Notes: generated by a model from the letters alone, not told the origin. A DNA stretch of 64,000 nucleotides from Chloroflexota bacterium (GCA_027592645.1 JAQCKI010000001.1:38312-102311); one strand, 5' to 3'. Shown: positions 9,458 to 18,970, counted from the stretch's first letter. Made by a program: numbers and translations.

Positions 9458-9901
9458 TTAGGCCCGCGCGCGCAACAGTCCCTCGATCACCTCGAGGTCG
9501 GCCTGGGAGATCTTGTGGAGGTTGCCGCGAAACGCCATGCCGAGCTTCTTCGGCCCGAACTGGCGCGTCTTGTCCAGCAGGTCCGTGATCTCGCGCACGT
9601 CCTGGTAGTTGTCACGCTTCGCGATCACGACCGGCTTCGTGGCGATGCGGAACGGGTAGTCCTCGTCTGGCTTGCCCTCGGACTCGAAACCCAGGTCGGT
9701 GTGGTCTTCGTACGCCTCGCCCGTCACCTCGACGACGCCGGCAAACTCCACGCGGCCGACCAGGTAGTAGACGATGCGGTCGCCGGGACGCATATCGCCG
9801 GACTGCTTGCGCCGGCTGGACTTGAACGGCGCGAGATCAAACTTCCGCTTGCGTAGCAGTTCGAAGTTGTCCGGCGAGTTGACGGTGATCCAAGCCTGCA
9901 T
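9458..9901 (-). CDS. EVE (PUA-like) domain protein.
   Basis: MQAWITVNSPDNFELLRKRKFDL...GDRIVYYLVGRVEFAGVVEVTGEAYEDHTD resembles the EVE/DUF55 fold. Confidence 0.45.
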   Translation of the reverse strand: MQAWITVNSPDNFELLRKRKFDLAPFKSSRRKQSGDMRPGDRIVYYLVGRVEFAGVVEVTGEAYEDHTDLGFESEGKPDEDYPFRIATKPVVIAKRDNYQDVREITDLLDKTRQFGPKKLGMAFRGNLHKISQADLEVIEGLLRARA

Positions 9902-10016
9902 ACTTACCCCCGCTGATCGATCCGCGGTGTGCCGCCCAACGGCGAGGCACAGCATAGTCCCCAACGAAGAGGCCCCGCCGGAGCGGGGCCTCTTCAGTCT
10001 CGTCCGAGGTGTCTCG

Positions 10017-10442
10017 CTAAGAGCAGGCGCGCGGCGTACCCGGGTTACCTGCCGTCTGGAAGGACGAACCGCAGGCGCAGGAGGACGTGGCGTTCGGGTT
10101 GTAGATGGTGAACCCGGACTTCATCAGGTCCTCGTGGTAGTCGATTTCGGCACCGGAGATCATCGGCGCGGACTCGCGGTCAATGACCACACGTACGCCG
10201 GCGTCCGTCTCGATCACCTGGTCTTCGGCCTCGGCCGCGGGGGCAATCGACATGCCGTACTGGTAGCCGGAGCAGCCGCCGCCGACCACGAAGACGCGGA
10301 GCATGCCGTCCGGGTGCCCCTTGGACTCCAAGATCGTCTTCGCCTTGGCAGCGGCGCGCTCGGTCACCGTCACCACCGCGGTGATGATCGGTTCCGGCTT
10401 CTTGGAGATCGTCTGGCCCATGCCGGAAAGCAGAGAAGTCAT
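10017..10442 (-). CDS. A-type Fe-S cluster carrier (IscA/ErpA/HesB family).
   Basis: ...LRVFVVGGGCSGYQYGMSI...NPNATSSCACGSSF; the three conserved Cys (C-x-CGCG) of HesB/IscA. Confidence 0.8.
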   Translation of the reverse strand: MTSLLSGMGQTISKKPEPIITAVVTVTERAAAKAKTILESKGHPDGMLRVFVVGGGCSGYQYGMSIAPAAEAEDQVIETDAGVRVVIDRESAPMISGAEIDYHEDLMKSGFTIYNPNATSSCACGSSFQTAGNPGTPRACS

Positions 10443-10534
10443 GAGTTCCCCTTCGGGTGCGCTCTCATCTTACGCGAGTGTCGCCCGCCCAGCAATAAAC
10501 GCAGTCACGCGTTCTGTAACGTCCGTGGCGAAGC

Positions 10535-11209
10535 CTACCCCGCCGCCGCCGAGGGCGCCACGCGGTAGCCGCAGTGGAAGTCGTGCGGCACGCGGTCGGC
10601 CTCCAGCGGCCGCACGGGCGCGCCCAGCAGGCGCTGCAGCATCACCTGGTCGTGCTCGCACGGGTGCGCCGGGGCGCCCTCCTCCAGCCGGTTGCACGGG
10701 CAGCCACGGCCAAACAGGTGGACACCGTCCGAAGCCTCCACGACTTCGAAGTCGATCCCCTCGCGGGCGATCAGCGACACGGCGGAGCGGGCGCGCTCCA
10801 GCATGTCTTTGCCCTGCACCTGCGGCGCGTACTCCGTGGCGATGCGGTCCGCCATGCGGGTGAAGATGAGGCGCGCGAGGTCCTGCCCGGAACGGCCGGC
10901 CGTCTCGATCGTCTCGAGGCCCACGATCTCGCCGAGCAGCCGCTGCGTCATGCGGACGTAGTGGTGGGGGAACAGGTCCGCGCCGGCCTCGGTCAGCGCG
11001 AACAGATGCTTCGGACGGCCGGTGCCGCCTCGCACCTGCGTGACCTGCACGAAGTTGTCGCGCTGCAGCACGTCCAGGTGGCGGCGCACCGTCGCGCCGG
11101 CCAGCCGGAGTTCGCGCGAGAGGTCGTCGACGCTCATCCGCTCCCGACGCCGCAGCAGCGCGAGGATCTCCTCGCGAGTGCCATCGATGCGCCGGGGTGA
11201 CGAGCTCAT
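10535..11209 (-). CDS. HTH transcriptional regulator with a C-terminal Cys cluster (SufR-like Fe-S assembly regulator).
   Basis: N-terminal wHTH (REEILALLRRRERMSVDDLSRELRLAGATVRRHLDVLQRDNFV) and a C-terminal GRGCPCNRLEEGAPAHPCEHDQV ... FHCGY. The gene sits between iscA and a divergent cysteine desulfurase. Confidence 0.5.
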   Translation of the reverse strand: MSSSPRRIDGTREEILALLRRRERMSVDDLSRELRLAGATVRRHLDVLQRDNFVQVTQVRGGTGRPKHLFALTEAGADLFPHHYVRMTQRLLGEIVGLETIETAGRSGQDLARLIFTRMADRIATEYAPQVQGKDMLERARSAVSLIAREGIDFEVVEASDGVHLFGRGCPCNRLEEGAPAHPCEHDQVMLQRLLGAPVRPLEADRVPHDFHCGYRVAPSAAAG

Positions 11210-11231
11210 GCGTCCAGCCTACCAGCGTTTC

Positions 11232-11297
11232 GCACGTTCTTGAGCGATCAACGTGCTAAACCGGCCAGCCCCGGCGCACCTCGGCGCACCTCGGCGC
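11232..11297. promoter_or_regulatory. Divergent promoter region with a 7-bp inverted repeat (GCACGTT-n11-AACGTGC) and a 10-bp tandem direct repeat (CGGCGCACCT x2.5).
   Basis: Seen in the sequence between the sufR-like and cysteine desulfurase starts. Coordinates are approximate (plus or minus 2 nt). Confidence 0.3.
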
Positions 11298-11314
11298 GGC
11301 GGTATCCTCCACGC

Positions 11315-12535
11315 ATGGCCGCACACATCGAGCGCGTCTACCTGGATCACGCCGCCACCACCCCGCCCGACCCGGCAGTGGTGGAGGCGATGCTGCCGTA
11401 CCTGACGACCGTCTGGCACAACCCGTCTTCGATCTACGTGGAGGCCCAGGCGGCCCGCGCTGCCATCGACCGCGCCCGCGCGACGGTGGCACGCCTCCTC
11501 GGCGCGAACGAGGGCGAGATCATCTTCACCTCCGGCGGATCCGAATCGGACAACCTCGCGCTGCGCGGCGTCGTGGCCGCCTCCACCCGCCGCGGCCGCC
11601 ACGTGATCACGAGCACCATCGAGCACCACGCCGTGCTCGACACGATCGAGCAGATGGAGCACGACGGCACGGCGGAGATCACCCGCGTCGCCCCCGAGCC
11701 AGACGGGCGCGTCGCCCCGGAGGCGATCGAGGCGGCTGTCCGCGATGACACGGTGCTGGTCAGCGTGATGCACGCGAACAACGAGGTGGGCGCGGTCAGC
11801 GACATCGCCGAGATCGCGCGGCGGGTGAAGGCCCGCAACCCGCGCACGATGGTGCACACGGACGCCGTGCAGAGCGCCGCGCACCTCGGTGTCCACGTCG
11901 ACCGCTTCGGCGTGGATCTGCTCACGCTGACCGGCCACAAGATGTACGGCCCGCGCGGCGCGGGCGTGCTGTATGTCCGATCCGGGACGCCGCTGCAGCC
12001 GCAGATCCTCGGTGGTGGCCAGGAGGAGCGCCGTCGCGCCGGCACGGAGGACACGGCGGCCATCGTGGGCCTCGCCCGCGCGATGGAACTCACGTGGGAG
12101 CGCCGCGAGGCGGACGTGGCCCACGAGCGCGCGCTGCAGGAACGGCTGATCGAAGGCCTGCCGCGCCGCATCCCGATGCTGGCGATCACCGGCCCGACCG
12201 ACCCCACCCATCGCCTCCCCGGCAACGTCTCGTGCTGCGTCGGCTACGTGGAGGGCGAATCGATCCTCCTCGCGCTAGACCTCGCCGGCATCGCCGCCTC
12301 CTCCGGGTCGGCGTGTACCACCGGCTCCGTGGAGCCGAGTCACGTGCTGGTGGGGATGGGCGTGCCGGAAGACCTCGCGCGCGGGTCGCTGCGGTTCACG
12401 CTGGGCCGCGGCAATACCGAGGCGGACGTGGATCGGCTGCTGGAGGCGCTCCCGCCGATTGTGCAGCGCCTGCGCGCGCTGTCGCCGATCCCGGCGACCG
12501 AGCCGGCCGAGGCGTGGCGGCCGTGGCTGGCCTGA
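11315..12535 (+). CDS. Cysteine desulfurase (IscS/NifS class, PLP-dependent).
   Basis: ERVYLDHAATTPPDPAVVEAM..., PLP-Lys motif TLTGHKMYGPRGAGVLYV, catalytic Cys SSGSACTTGS. The ORF track's start at 11240 is an N-terminal over-extension. Confidence 0.85.
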   Translation: MAAHIERVYLDHAATTPPDPAVVEAMLPYLTTVWHNPSSIYVEAQAARAAIDRARATVARLLGANEGEIIFTSGGSESDNLALRGVVAASTRRGRHVITSTIEHHAVLDTIEQMEHDGTAEITRVAPEPDGRVAPEAIEAAVRDDTVLVSVMHANNEVGAVSDIAEIARRVKARNPRTMVHTDAVQSAAHLGVHVDRFGVDLLTLTGHKMYGPRGAGVLYVRSGTPLQPQILGGGQEERRRAGTEDTAAIVGLARAMELTWERREADVAHERALQERLIEGLPRRIPMLAITGPTDPTHRLPGNVSCCVGYVEGESILLALDLAGIAASSGSACTTGSVEPSHVLVGMGVPEDLARGSLRFTLGRGNTEADVDRLLEALPPIVQRLRALSPIPATEPAEAWRPWLA

Positions 12536-12608
12536 CGGGAACCCGGCATTCCGACGCGCCGGTTTGCCGCCTCGTCACGCGGGCGATAGCATCGGGCCGA
12601 ACTGAACA

Positions 12609-13358
12609 TTGCACAGCGGGGGCTTCGCGTTGACCGGACAGCCGCTTCCCATCTTCAACGCCGGCGCCGCGACCACCGCGGGCGGGCTGCACATCCCCCA
12701 CCCACTGTTGGGCGAGGGTGAACTGACCGGCGCCGACCTCGAAGAAGAGGTGCGCAAGAACGTCCTGGTGACGTCGGTCGATGGGCTGCTGAACTGGGCC
12801 CGGGCGCACTCGCTCTGGCCGGCGATGTTTGGCCTCGCGTGCTGCGCGATCGAAATGATCGCCTCCGCCTCCTCGCGCTACGACATCGCCCGGTTCGGGT
12901 CGGAGGTCTTCCGCGCGTCGCCGCGCCAGGCGGACCTGATGATCGTGGCCGGCACGGTGACCTGGAAGATGGCACCGGTGGTGCGCCGCATCTACATGCA
13001 GATGGCGGAGCCCAAGTGGGTCATCTCCATGGGCGGCTGCGCGATCATGGGTGGCCCGTTCGCCTACGCCTACTCCGTGCTGCCTGGCGTGAACCTGATC
13101 GCTCCCGTCGATGTGTATGTGCCCGGCTGCCCGCCGCGGCCGGAATCGCTCCTGCAGGGGCTGATGATGCTGCAGGAGAAGATCAAGCACGAAGAACTCA
13201 CCGGGCAGCGTCAACGCCCCGAGCCGGATGGCGACTTCTCCGCCTACCTGCCGGAGGGTGACCCGATTCGCCGCGAACTGGAGTCGCTCTTCCCGCCGTA
13301 CCCCGGCCTGGACGACCCGAACCGCCGTTCCGGCGGCGTCCCGCTGGCCCGCGTCTAG
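12609..13358 (+). CDS. nuoB: NADH-quinone oxidoreductase subunit B (20 kDa / PSST, N2 [4Fe-4S]), not followed by nuoC/D.
   Basis: ...[21 protein letters not shown]...[24 protein letters not shown]...[13 protein letters not shown]...[10 protein letters not shown]; all four N2-cluster cysteines are present. It has a 50-aa N-terminal extension. Confidence 0.8.
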   Translation: MHSGGFALTGQPLPIFNAGAATTAGGLHIPHPLLGEGELTGADLEEEVRKNVLVTSVDGLLNWARAHSLWPAMFGLACCAIEMIASASSRYDIARFGSEVFRASPRQADLMIVAGTVTWKMAPVVRRIYMQMAEPKWVISMGGCAIMGGPFAYAYSVLPGVNLIAPVDVYVPGCPPRPESLLQGLMMLQEKIKHEELTGQRQRPEPDGDFSAYLPEGDPIRRELESLFPPYPGLDDPNRRSGGVPLARV

Positions 13359-13382
13359 CCTCGACGGCCCCGTGTACGCACG

Positions 13383-13406
13383 AAGCCCGGCCTCGCGGCC
13401 GGGCTT
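13383..13406 (+). terminator. GC-rich hairpin (AAGCCCGGCC-TCGC-GGCCGGGCTT) followed by CTTCTGATTGTG. Probable intrinsic terminator of nuoB.
   Basis: A perfect 10-bp stem seen 25 nt after the nuoB stop, between convergent genes. Confidence 0.45.
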
Positions 13407-13439
13407 CTGATTGTGCGCCGCTGCGCCCGAGGGTGCCCG

Positions 13440-14177
13440 CTACGCGCGGAACAGCACCTCGAACGCGATGTAGAGGATCGCGAAGACGACGAAGCCGGAG
13501 ATGATCGCGGCCCGCACGCTGTCGTACGGCTTGGTGTGCATCGCCGGGCCGAGGCCCTTGATGAGGCCGAGCGCGTTGACCTCCAGCACACCGACGACCA
13601 CGGCGAACACCGCCCAGTAGGTGATGATCGCGCTGGTCTCAGGCTGCGCTTCGAAGGCGCTGGAGCCGACGAAGTGGCTGGTGGCGGCCATAAAGAAGAG
13701 CAACGGAACCGAGAAGATCGTGTTCATGCGCGAGGCGACCGCGCCACGCCGGCCAGCCGGCGCGGCGTCCGGGTTTGGCGGACCACCGCCGATGACGGAG
13801 CGCGCGGAAGCGATGACGACCTGCTGGGCTCGCCAGATCACGGCCCAGACGTTGGTGAGCATGATGACGCCGAGCACCGCGCCCGAGGCGATTGAGATGC
13901 CGGGAGGGCTGGTGAAGTAGTCCTTGGTGAAGGACTCGTTGAAGCCCAGGATCATGAGGCCGGTCACAACCGTGAAGACCGCGCCCCAGCGGAACCACCA
14001 GAGCGCCCGCCAGGTGACCTGATCCAGCGCCTCCATCCGCGCAGGCGCTCCCAGTTGGAGGAATGCCGGCGTCTGGACGAAGTTGAAGTAGTAGAGCAGC
14101 CCGATCCAGGTGATCCCGGAGAGCAAGTGTCCCCAGCGCGAAAGGAGCGCCAGGCCGTCCTGCGTGAAGAGTTCCAT
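13440..14177 (-). CDS. Integral membrane protein (PuuD/UPF0093-like N-terminal helices).
   Basis: 7-8 TM helices. The N-terminal HLLSGITWIGLLYYFNFV resembles the membrane domain of the PuuD/HemJ-type families. Assignment is tentative. Confidence 0.4.
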   Translation of the reverse strand: MELFTQDGLALLSRWGHLLSGITWIGLLYYFNFVQTPAFLQLGAPARMEALDQVTWRALWWFRWGAVFTVVTGLMILGFNESFTKDYFTSPPGISIASGAVLGVIMLTNVWAVIWRAQQVVIASARSVIGGGPPNPDAAPAGRRGAVASRMNTIFSVPLLFFMAATSHFVGSSAFEAQPETSAIITYWAVFAVVVGVLEVNALGLIKGLGPAMHTKPYDSVRAAIISGFVVFAILYIAFEVLFRA

Positions 14178-14277
14178 GGTGGGTACGTCCCTCGCTCACG
14201 ATTCGAATCCGTGTAGACGCGCGGACATTAGCACAGTATTACAAGCGGATACTTGTCTCGGAACGGTTGCTGAGGTG

Positions 14278-14724
14278 TTACGGCAGGACGGTCAGCGTGC
14301 CCTGCATGCCCGCCTGGCGGTGACCGGCCACGCTGCAATAGAACTCGTAGGTGCCCGGGATCGCCGCCCCGACCTGCACCACCGTGGATTTGCGACCATC
14401 GAGGCCGACGTACACGGCGGTGTCCGCACGTCCCACGCGCCCGGCCGGCTCAGTCACGGCAACCGCCGCATCGACCTCGTCGATCACGAAATCGTGGAAC
14501 AGGCTGCCGGTGTTCCTGAGGCGGATCTCCAGCACCTCGCCGGCGCGTGCCTCGAGCGCGGTCGGCGCGAAGGCGATGTCTCGCATGACGAGCTCGACGC
14601 TCGCTGAGGGCTCGCCGAGGGACGCGTCGGTCGTCGACTCGGCCTGATTGCCGCCGCCGCATGCGACAAGAACGGACGCAAGCATCACGCAGAACATCGA
14701 CGTGATACGGATTCGCGATGTCAT
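14278..14724 (-). CDS. Cupredoxin-like blue (type-1) copper lipoprotein.
   Basis: Signal peptide plus lipobox (MFCVMLASVLVACGGG). Type-1 Cu ligands are H in GSLFHDFVIDE and the C-terminal loop YCSVAGHRQAGMQG (Cys-x4-His-x4-Met). GAGGT RBS before the ATG at 14724. Confidence 0.65.
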   Translation of the reverse strand: MTSRIRITSMFCVMLASVLVACGGGNQAESTTDASLGEPSASVELVMRDIAFAPTALEARAGEVLEIRLRNTGSLFHDFVIDEVDAAVAVTEPAGRVGRADTAVYVGLDGRKSTVVQVGAAIPGTYEFYCSVAGHRQAGMQGTLTVLP

Positions 14725-14841
14725 GGCTGGTGACCTCGAAACGTTGCGATGTATGGTCAATGGTGAAGTTATCACTCAGTCCACTGGCTGAGACCGCGTC
14801 GCCCTCCGCGTGGCGCGATCCACACACCGTAGGGAGACCCC

Positions 14842-15264
14842 ATGATCCGTAACGCCATCGAACGGTTGATCCGCCCCGGCGAGCAGGCCTTCGCCCACTG
14901 CGATATCCCGTGTGGCATCTACGACCCGAAGGAGGCGCAGCTGGCCGCCGAGAGCGTCGAGAAGATGATGACCATGATCGCCGACCTGGGCGAGACGCAA
15001 TCGCTGGAGCACCTCAACTCCTTCGTCCGGTACGTGCAGGTGAAGGAAGAGCACGCCGAGAAGGTGAAGCACCAGATCCGCATCATCTGGGGCGACTACT
15101 TCAAGCCGACGCACCTGGAGAAGTTTCCGGACCTCCATGAGAAGGTCTGGAACATCATGAAGACGGCCGGCGCCTGCAAGCAGGGCGTCAATCTGGACGA
15201 CGCGAAGCGCCTCCGCGCCGAGGTGGACGAGTTCGCCGACATGTTCTGGAAGACCAAGGCGTAG
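14842..15264 (+). CDS. sodN: Nickel superoxide dismutase precursor.
   Basis: An N-terminal propeptide MIRNAIERLIRPGEQAFA is followed by the Ni-hook HCDIPCGIYDP (His-Cys-x-x-Pro-Cys-Gly-x-Tyr). The size is typical of Ni-SOD (about 120 aa mature). Confidence 0.85.
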   Translation: MIRNAIERLIRPGEQAFAHCDIPCGIYDPKEAQLAAESVEKMMTMIADLGETQSLEHLNSFVRYVQVKEEHAEKVKHQIRIIWGDYFKPTHLEKFPDLHEKVWNIMKTAGACKQGVNLDDAKRLRAEVDEFADMFWKTKA

Positions 15265-15367
15265 TCCGCCTTCGTCCGTTCGCGCCCATCGAGGGCCGGC
15301 GTTACGCGACGCCGGCCCTTGTGCATTCGGCGCCGCGGTACAGACGAGAGCGGATCCGTGCGCGAGA

Positions 15368-16030
15368 ATGGGCGCGATGAGCACCCACCGTGCCTTGCTA
15401 CTCGTCCCTCCCCTGCTCGCCGCCGCTGCGGGCGTTGCCGCTGGCGTCACCACCCTCGCTCGGCGTGGGTGGATGCGCGTGGAGGTGGCGGGCGAGTCGA
15501 TGACCCCGGCGCTCTTGCCCGGCGACTTTCTCATCCTCCGTCGCGGTGCACCGGAGCGGGACGGAGCCTTCGGCCAGGTGGTCGCCACCCGTGACCCGCG
15601 GCCCGAGGGCGACGGGCGGCTGCTGCTGAAGCGCATCGTCGGGCTGCCGGGTGAGGCGTTGCGCGTCGGTGGGGGCGTGCAGGTGAACGGCCGTGCGCTC
15701 CTGGAGTCGTACGCCCACGGCGAGACGCCGCACGAGCAGCACCGCGGCATCAACCGCCTAGGCAACGACGAGTACTTCCTGCTCGGCGACCACCGCGGCG
15801 CCAGCACGGACAGCCGTGACTTCGGCCCGGTACGGGTCGACCGCATCGAGGGCACCGCGACGCTCCGCTACTGGCCGCTCGCGCGGGCCGGGCGCCTCCG
15901 CGCGGCGGAGCGACGTCTGCTGGGCCTCGCCGACCGTGCCGACGAGGGCCCCACCTCGCCCCTTGTGGCACCGCACCAGCACGATCATCCCACCGATGCC
16001 GGGCACCCCACCGAATCAGGGAACCCCTGA
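15368..16030 (+). CDS. sodX: S26 signal-peptidase-like Ni-SOD maturation protease.
   Basis: N-terminal TM, the catalytic Ser box GESMTPAL, GDHRGASTDSRDFG and the Lys box. It lies immediately downstream of sodN, as in Streptomyces and cyanobacterial sodN-sodX pairs. Confidence 0.75.
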   Translation: MGAMSTHRALLLVPPLLAAAAGVAAGVTTLARRGWMRVEVAGESMTPALLPGDFLILRRGAPERDGAFGQVVATRDPRPEGDGRLLLKRIVGLPGEALRVGGGVQVNGRALLESYAHGETPHEQHRGINRLGNDEYFLLGDHRGASTDSRDFGPVRVDRIEGTATLRYWPLARAGRLRAAERRLLGLADRADEGPTSPLVAPHQHDHPTDAGHPTESGNP

Positions 16031-16057
16031 TCCACGCGTCGCTCCGCACCGCTGAGA

Positions 16058-17050
16058 ATGGCCCCAGCCCGCGCATCGGTGCGCGGCGGCGAAGGGGCTC
16101 CGATGGCGATCCTTGGCGCACGTCCCGGCCAGCAGCCTGATCGGTACGAGGAGGCACTCCGCCGCCAGCAGTCCACCGCCGCACGCGACCAGGAGCGTGG
16201 ACAGCGCGTCCCCACGTTGGACGAACTCGTGGTGCAGGTCGCGGAACTCGCACCGCTGCCGGCCGTGGCCGGTCGGATCCTGGCGCTGAGCGGGCGCGCC
16301 GACTTTTCGGCACACGACCTGGCAGCGATCATTGCCAGCGACCAGGCCCTGACCACCCGACTGCTCCGCCTGGCTAACTCCGCCTACTACGGCGCGCCAC
16401 GTCGCATCGGCACGGTGCGGGACGCCGTGGTGCTGCTCGGATTTCGGGCGGTGCAGCAGGTGGCGCTCGCCTCCTGCATGATGCAGCGCGGCCGCCCCTC
16501 CACCCACCTCGACTACGAGCGCTTCTGGCACTTCTCGATCACCACCGCGCTGCTGGCGGAGGTGCTGGCGCGGGTCGATGGCGAACACCTCGATGTGGCC
16601 TTCACGGCCGGGGTGGTACACAACGTGGGCCTGCTGGCGCTGGATCAGCACCGCCCCGACCTGCTGGGCGAGGCGATCGCCCGGTCACGGGCCGAACCGA
16701 CCTCCGTGCACCAGGCGGAACACGCGCTATTGGGCTACACGGACGCGGACCTCGGCGCGGCGCTGGTGGAGCACTGGAACTTCCCGAGCACCCTCGTCGA
16801 GGCGGTCCGGGACCACGCGAGGCCGCTGGACGATCCACCCGCCGAGGGCTCGCTGGCGGCGCACGTACTCCGCGCCCGGGTCTTCGCCCGCGCCTCCGGC
16901 CTGACCGAAGGCCTCGAGCGCGGGGAGACACAGCCGGTGGCCGACGAGGCGTGGCTGCGACCGCCGCTTTCGATCACGCTGGACCACGCCGGCGGGCTGG
17001 AACAGGTGCTCGCGCGCACGGACGCCTTCCTGGCGGCGACGCGCGCCTGA
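16058..17050 (+). CDS. HDOD domain signalling protein.
   Basis: ...VAGRILALSGRADFSAHDLAAIIASDQALTTRLLRLANSAYYG...VVLLGF...HNVGLLAL; HD-related output domain. The start may be at 16103. Confidence 0.6.
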   Translation: MAPARASVRGGEGAPMAILGARPGQQPDRYEEALRRQQSTAARDQERGQRVPTLDELVVQVAELAPLPAVAGRILALSGRADFSAHDLAAIIASDQALTTRLLRLANSAYYGAPRRIGTVRDAVVLLGFRAVQQVALASCMMQRGRPSTHLDYERFWHFSITTALLAEVLARVDGEHLDVAFTAGVVHNVGLLALDQHRPDLLGEAIARSRAEPTSVHQAEHALLGYTDADLGAALVEHWNFPSTLVEAVRDHARPLDDPPAEGSLAAHVLRARVFARASGLTEGLERGETQPVADEAWLRPPLSITLDHAGGLEQVLARTDAFLAATRA

Positions 17051-17166
17051 GGGCCGTCGGCCACCGTTACGTCAAGTAAAGAGAGAATTTTCGGGCTGTT
17101 TTGGCCCGGAACGCCGCTTCACGCGGGCTCACCCCTTGCACCTCGGACCGCGATTCGGTAGAACAG

Positions 17167-17193
17167 TTAGCACTCTCCCCTTGGGAGTGCTAA
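17167..17193 (+). promoter_or_regulatory. CIRCE element (HrcA operator) TTAGCACTC-N9-GAGTGCTAA.
   Basis: A perfect match to the CIRCE consensus 61 nt upstream of the groEL start. The line was cross-checked against the ORF-track coordinates. Confidence 0.9.
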
Positions 17194-17253
17194 CGCGAAG
17201 TTCGACTCGTGGCCGCTCGGCCGCGGGCGGTTGAGCAAGAAGGATTAGACCGC

Positions 17254-18873
17254 ATGCCCAAGCAGCTTCTGTTCGATGAAGAGGCGCGCCAGGCGCTGCG
17301 CAACGGCATCGACGCCCTCGCGGATGCCGTCAAGATGACCCTGGGCCCCCGCGGCCGAAACGTCGTCCTGGACAAGAAGTTCGGCGCTCCGACCATCACC
17401 AACGACGGCGTCACCATTGCGCGCGACATCGAGTTGAGCGATCGGTTCGAGAACATCGGCGCGCAGCTGGCCAAGGAAATCGCTTCCAAGACCAACGACA
17501 TCGCCGGTGACGGCACGACCACCGCCACGGTGCTCGGCCAGGCGATTGTCCACGAGGGCATGAAGAACGTCGCCGCCGGCGCCGACCCGATGGCGCTGAA
17601 GCGCGGCATCGAAGCCGCCTCGCGCGCCATCAAGGACGCCGTCACCAAGAACGCCACCAAGGTCACGACCCGCGCCCAGATGTCGCAGGTCGCCTCGATC
17701 TCCGCGGCGTCGCCGGAAATCGGCGAGCTGATCGGTGAAGTGATGGAGGCCGCCGGCAAGGACGGTGTCATCACCATCGAGGAAGGCCGCGGCGTCGAGA
17801 CTGAGGTCGAGTACGTCGAGGGCATGTCCTTCGACCGTGGCTTCATCTCCCCGTACTTCGTCACCAACCCGGAGCGGATGGAGGCGGTCATTGAGGACCC
17901 CTACATCTTCGTCACGGACAAGAAGCTCTCCTCCGTCAACGAGATCCTGCCGTGGCTGGAAAAGCAGCTGCAGGCCTCCAAGAACCTCATCGTCATCGCC
18001 GAGGACGTGGACGGCGAGGCACTGGCCACGCTAGCGGTGAACAAGCTGCGCGGCACCATCAACGTGGTCGCCGTGAAGGCCCCGGGCTTCGGCGACCGCC
18101 GCAAGGAGAACCTGGGCGACATCGCCACGTTCACCGGCGCTCAGCTGATCTCCGGGGAACTGAACCGCACGCTGGAGTCCGTTACGCCGGCTGACTTTGG
18201 TCGCGCCCGCCGCGTGGTGGTCACCAAGGAAGACTGTGCGATCATCGAAGGCAAGGGTGCCAAGAAGGACGTGGACGGCCGCGTCAAGATGATCCGCGCG
18301 CAGTTGGAGCGGGCCACCTCTGACTGGGACCGCGAGAAGTTGCAGGAGCGCCTGGGCAAGCTGTCCGGCTCGGTCGCCATCATCAAGGTGGGCGCCGCCA
18401 CCGAGGTGGAACTGACCGAGAAGAAGCACCGCGTGGAGGACGCTCTGTCCGCCACCCGTGCGGCCGTGGAAGAGGGCATTGTCCCCGGTGGTGGCGTGGC
18501 GTTCCTGAACGCGATGCCGGCGCTGGACAAGGTGGTGCTGGAGAACGCGGACGAGATGACCGGCACGCGCATCCTGCGCCGCGCGCTGGAAGAGCCGCTC
18601 CGCCGCATTGCTACCAACGCGGGCCAGGACGGCTCCGTGGTGGTGCAGAAGGTCATGAGCCTGAAGAAGGGCCAGGGCTACGACGCGGCCGCGGACAAGT
18701 ACGGCGACATGATCGCCCTGGGCATCATCGACCCGGCCAAGGTCACCAAGGCCGCGCTGGAGAACGCTGTGTCCATTGCGGGCATGGTGCTCACCACCAA
18801 CGTGCTGGTGACGGACGCGCCCGAGGGTCAGTCCAGCCACGCCGGGTCCGGCCCCGGCAACGAGATGTACTAA
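17254..18873 (+). CDS. groEL: Chaperonin GroEL (60 kDa).
   Basis: [39 protein letters not shown]...[12 protein letters not shown]..., AAGGAT RBS. No groES lies upstream; the preceding gene is the HDOD protein. Confidence 0.95.
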   Translation: MPKQLLFDEEARQALRNGIDALADAVKMTLGPRGRNVVLDKKFGAPTITNDGVTIARDIELSDRFENIGAQLAKEIASKTNDIAGDGTTTATVLGQAIVHEGMKNVAAGADPMALKRGIEAASRAIKDAVTKNATKVTTRAQMSQVASISAASPEIGELIGEVMEAAGKDGVITIEEGRGVETEVEYVEGMSFDRGFISPYFVTNPERMEAVIEDPYIFVTDKKLSSVNEILPWLEKQLQASKNLIVIAEDVDGEALATLAVNKLRGTINVVAVKAPGFGDRRKENLGDIATFTGAQLISGELNRTLESVTPADFGRARRVVVTKEDCAIIEGKGAKKDVDGRVKMIRAQLERATSDWDREKLQERLGKLSGSVAIIKVGAATEVELTEKKHRVEDALSATRAAVEEGIVPGGGVAFLNAMPALDKVVLENADEMTGTRILRRALEEPLRRIATNAGQDGSVVVQKVMSLKKGQGYDAAADKYGDMIALGIIDPAKVTKAALENAVSIAGMVLTTNVLVTDAPEGQSSHAGSGPGNEMY

Positions 18874-18902
18874 CCCGGCTTCAAGCCGGAACAGGGATCC
18901 CA

Positions 18903-18940
18903 CTGCGGGGCCGGGTGACCGGCCCCGCAGTCATTCCTCC
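18903..18940 (+). terminator. Intrinsic terminator after groEL: 12-bp stem CTGCGGGGCCGG-GTGA-CCGGCCCCGCAG, followed by TCATTCCTCC.
   Basis: A perfect inverted repeat about 30 nt after the groEL stop, preceded by a smaller hairpin CCGGCTTCAAGCCGG. Confidence 0.6.
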
Positions 18941-18970
18941 CACCGTCCGTACCTGCATTCGGGAGCACGC

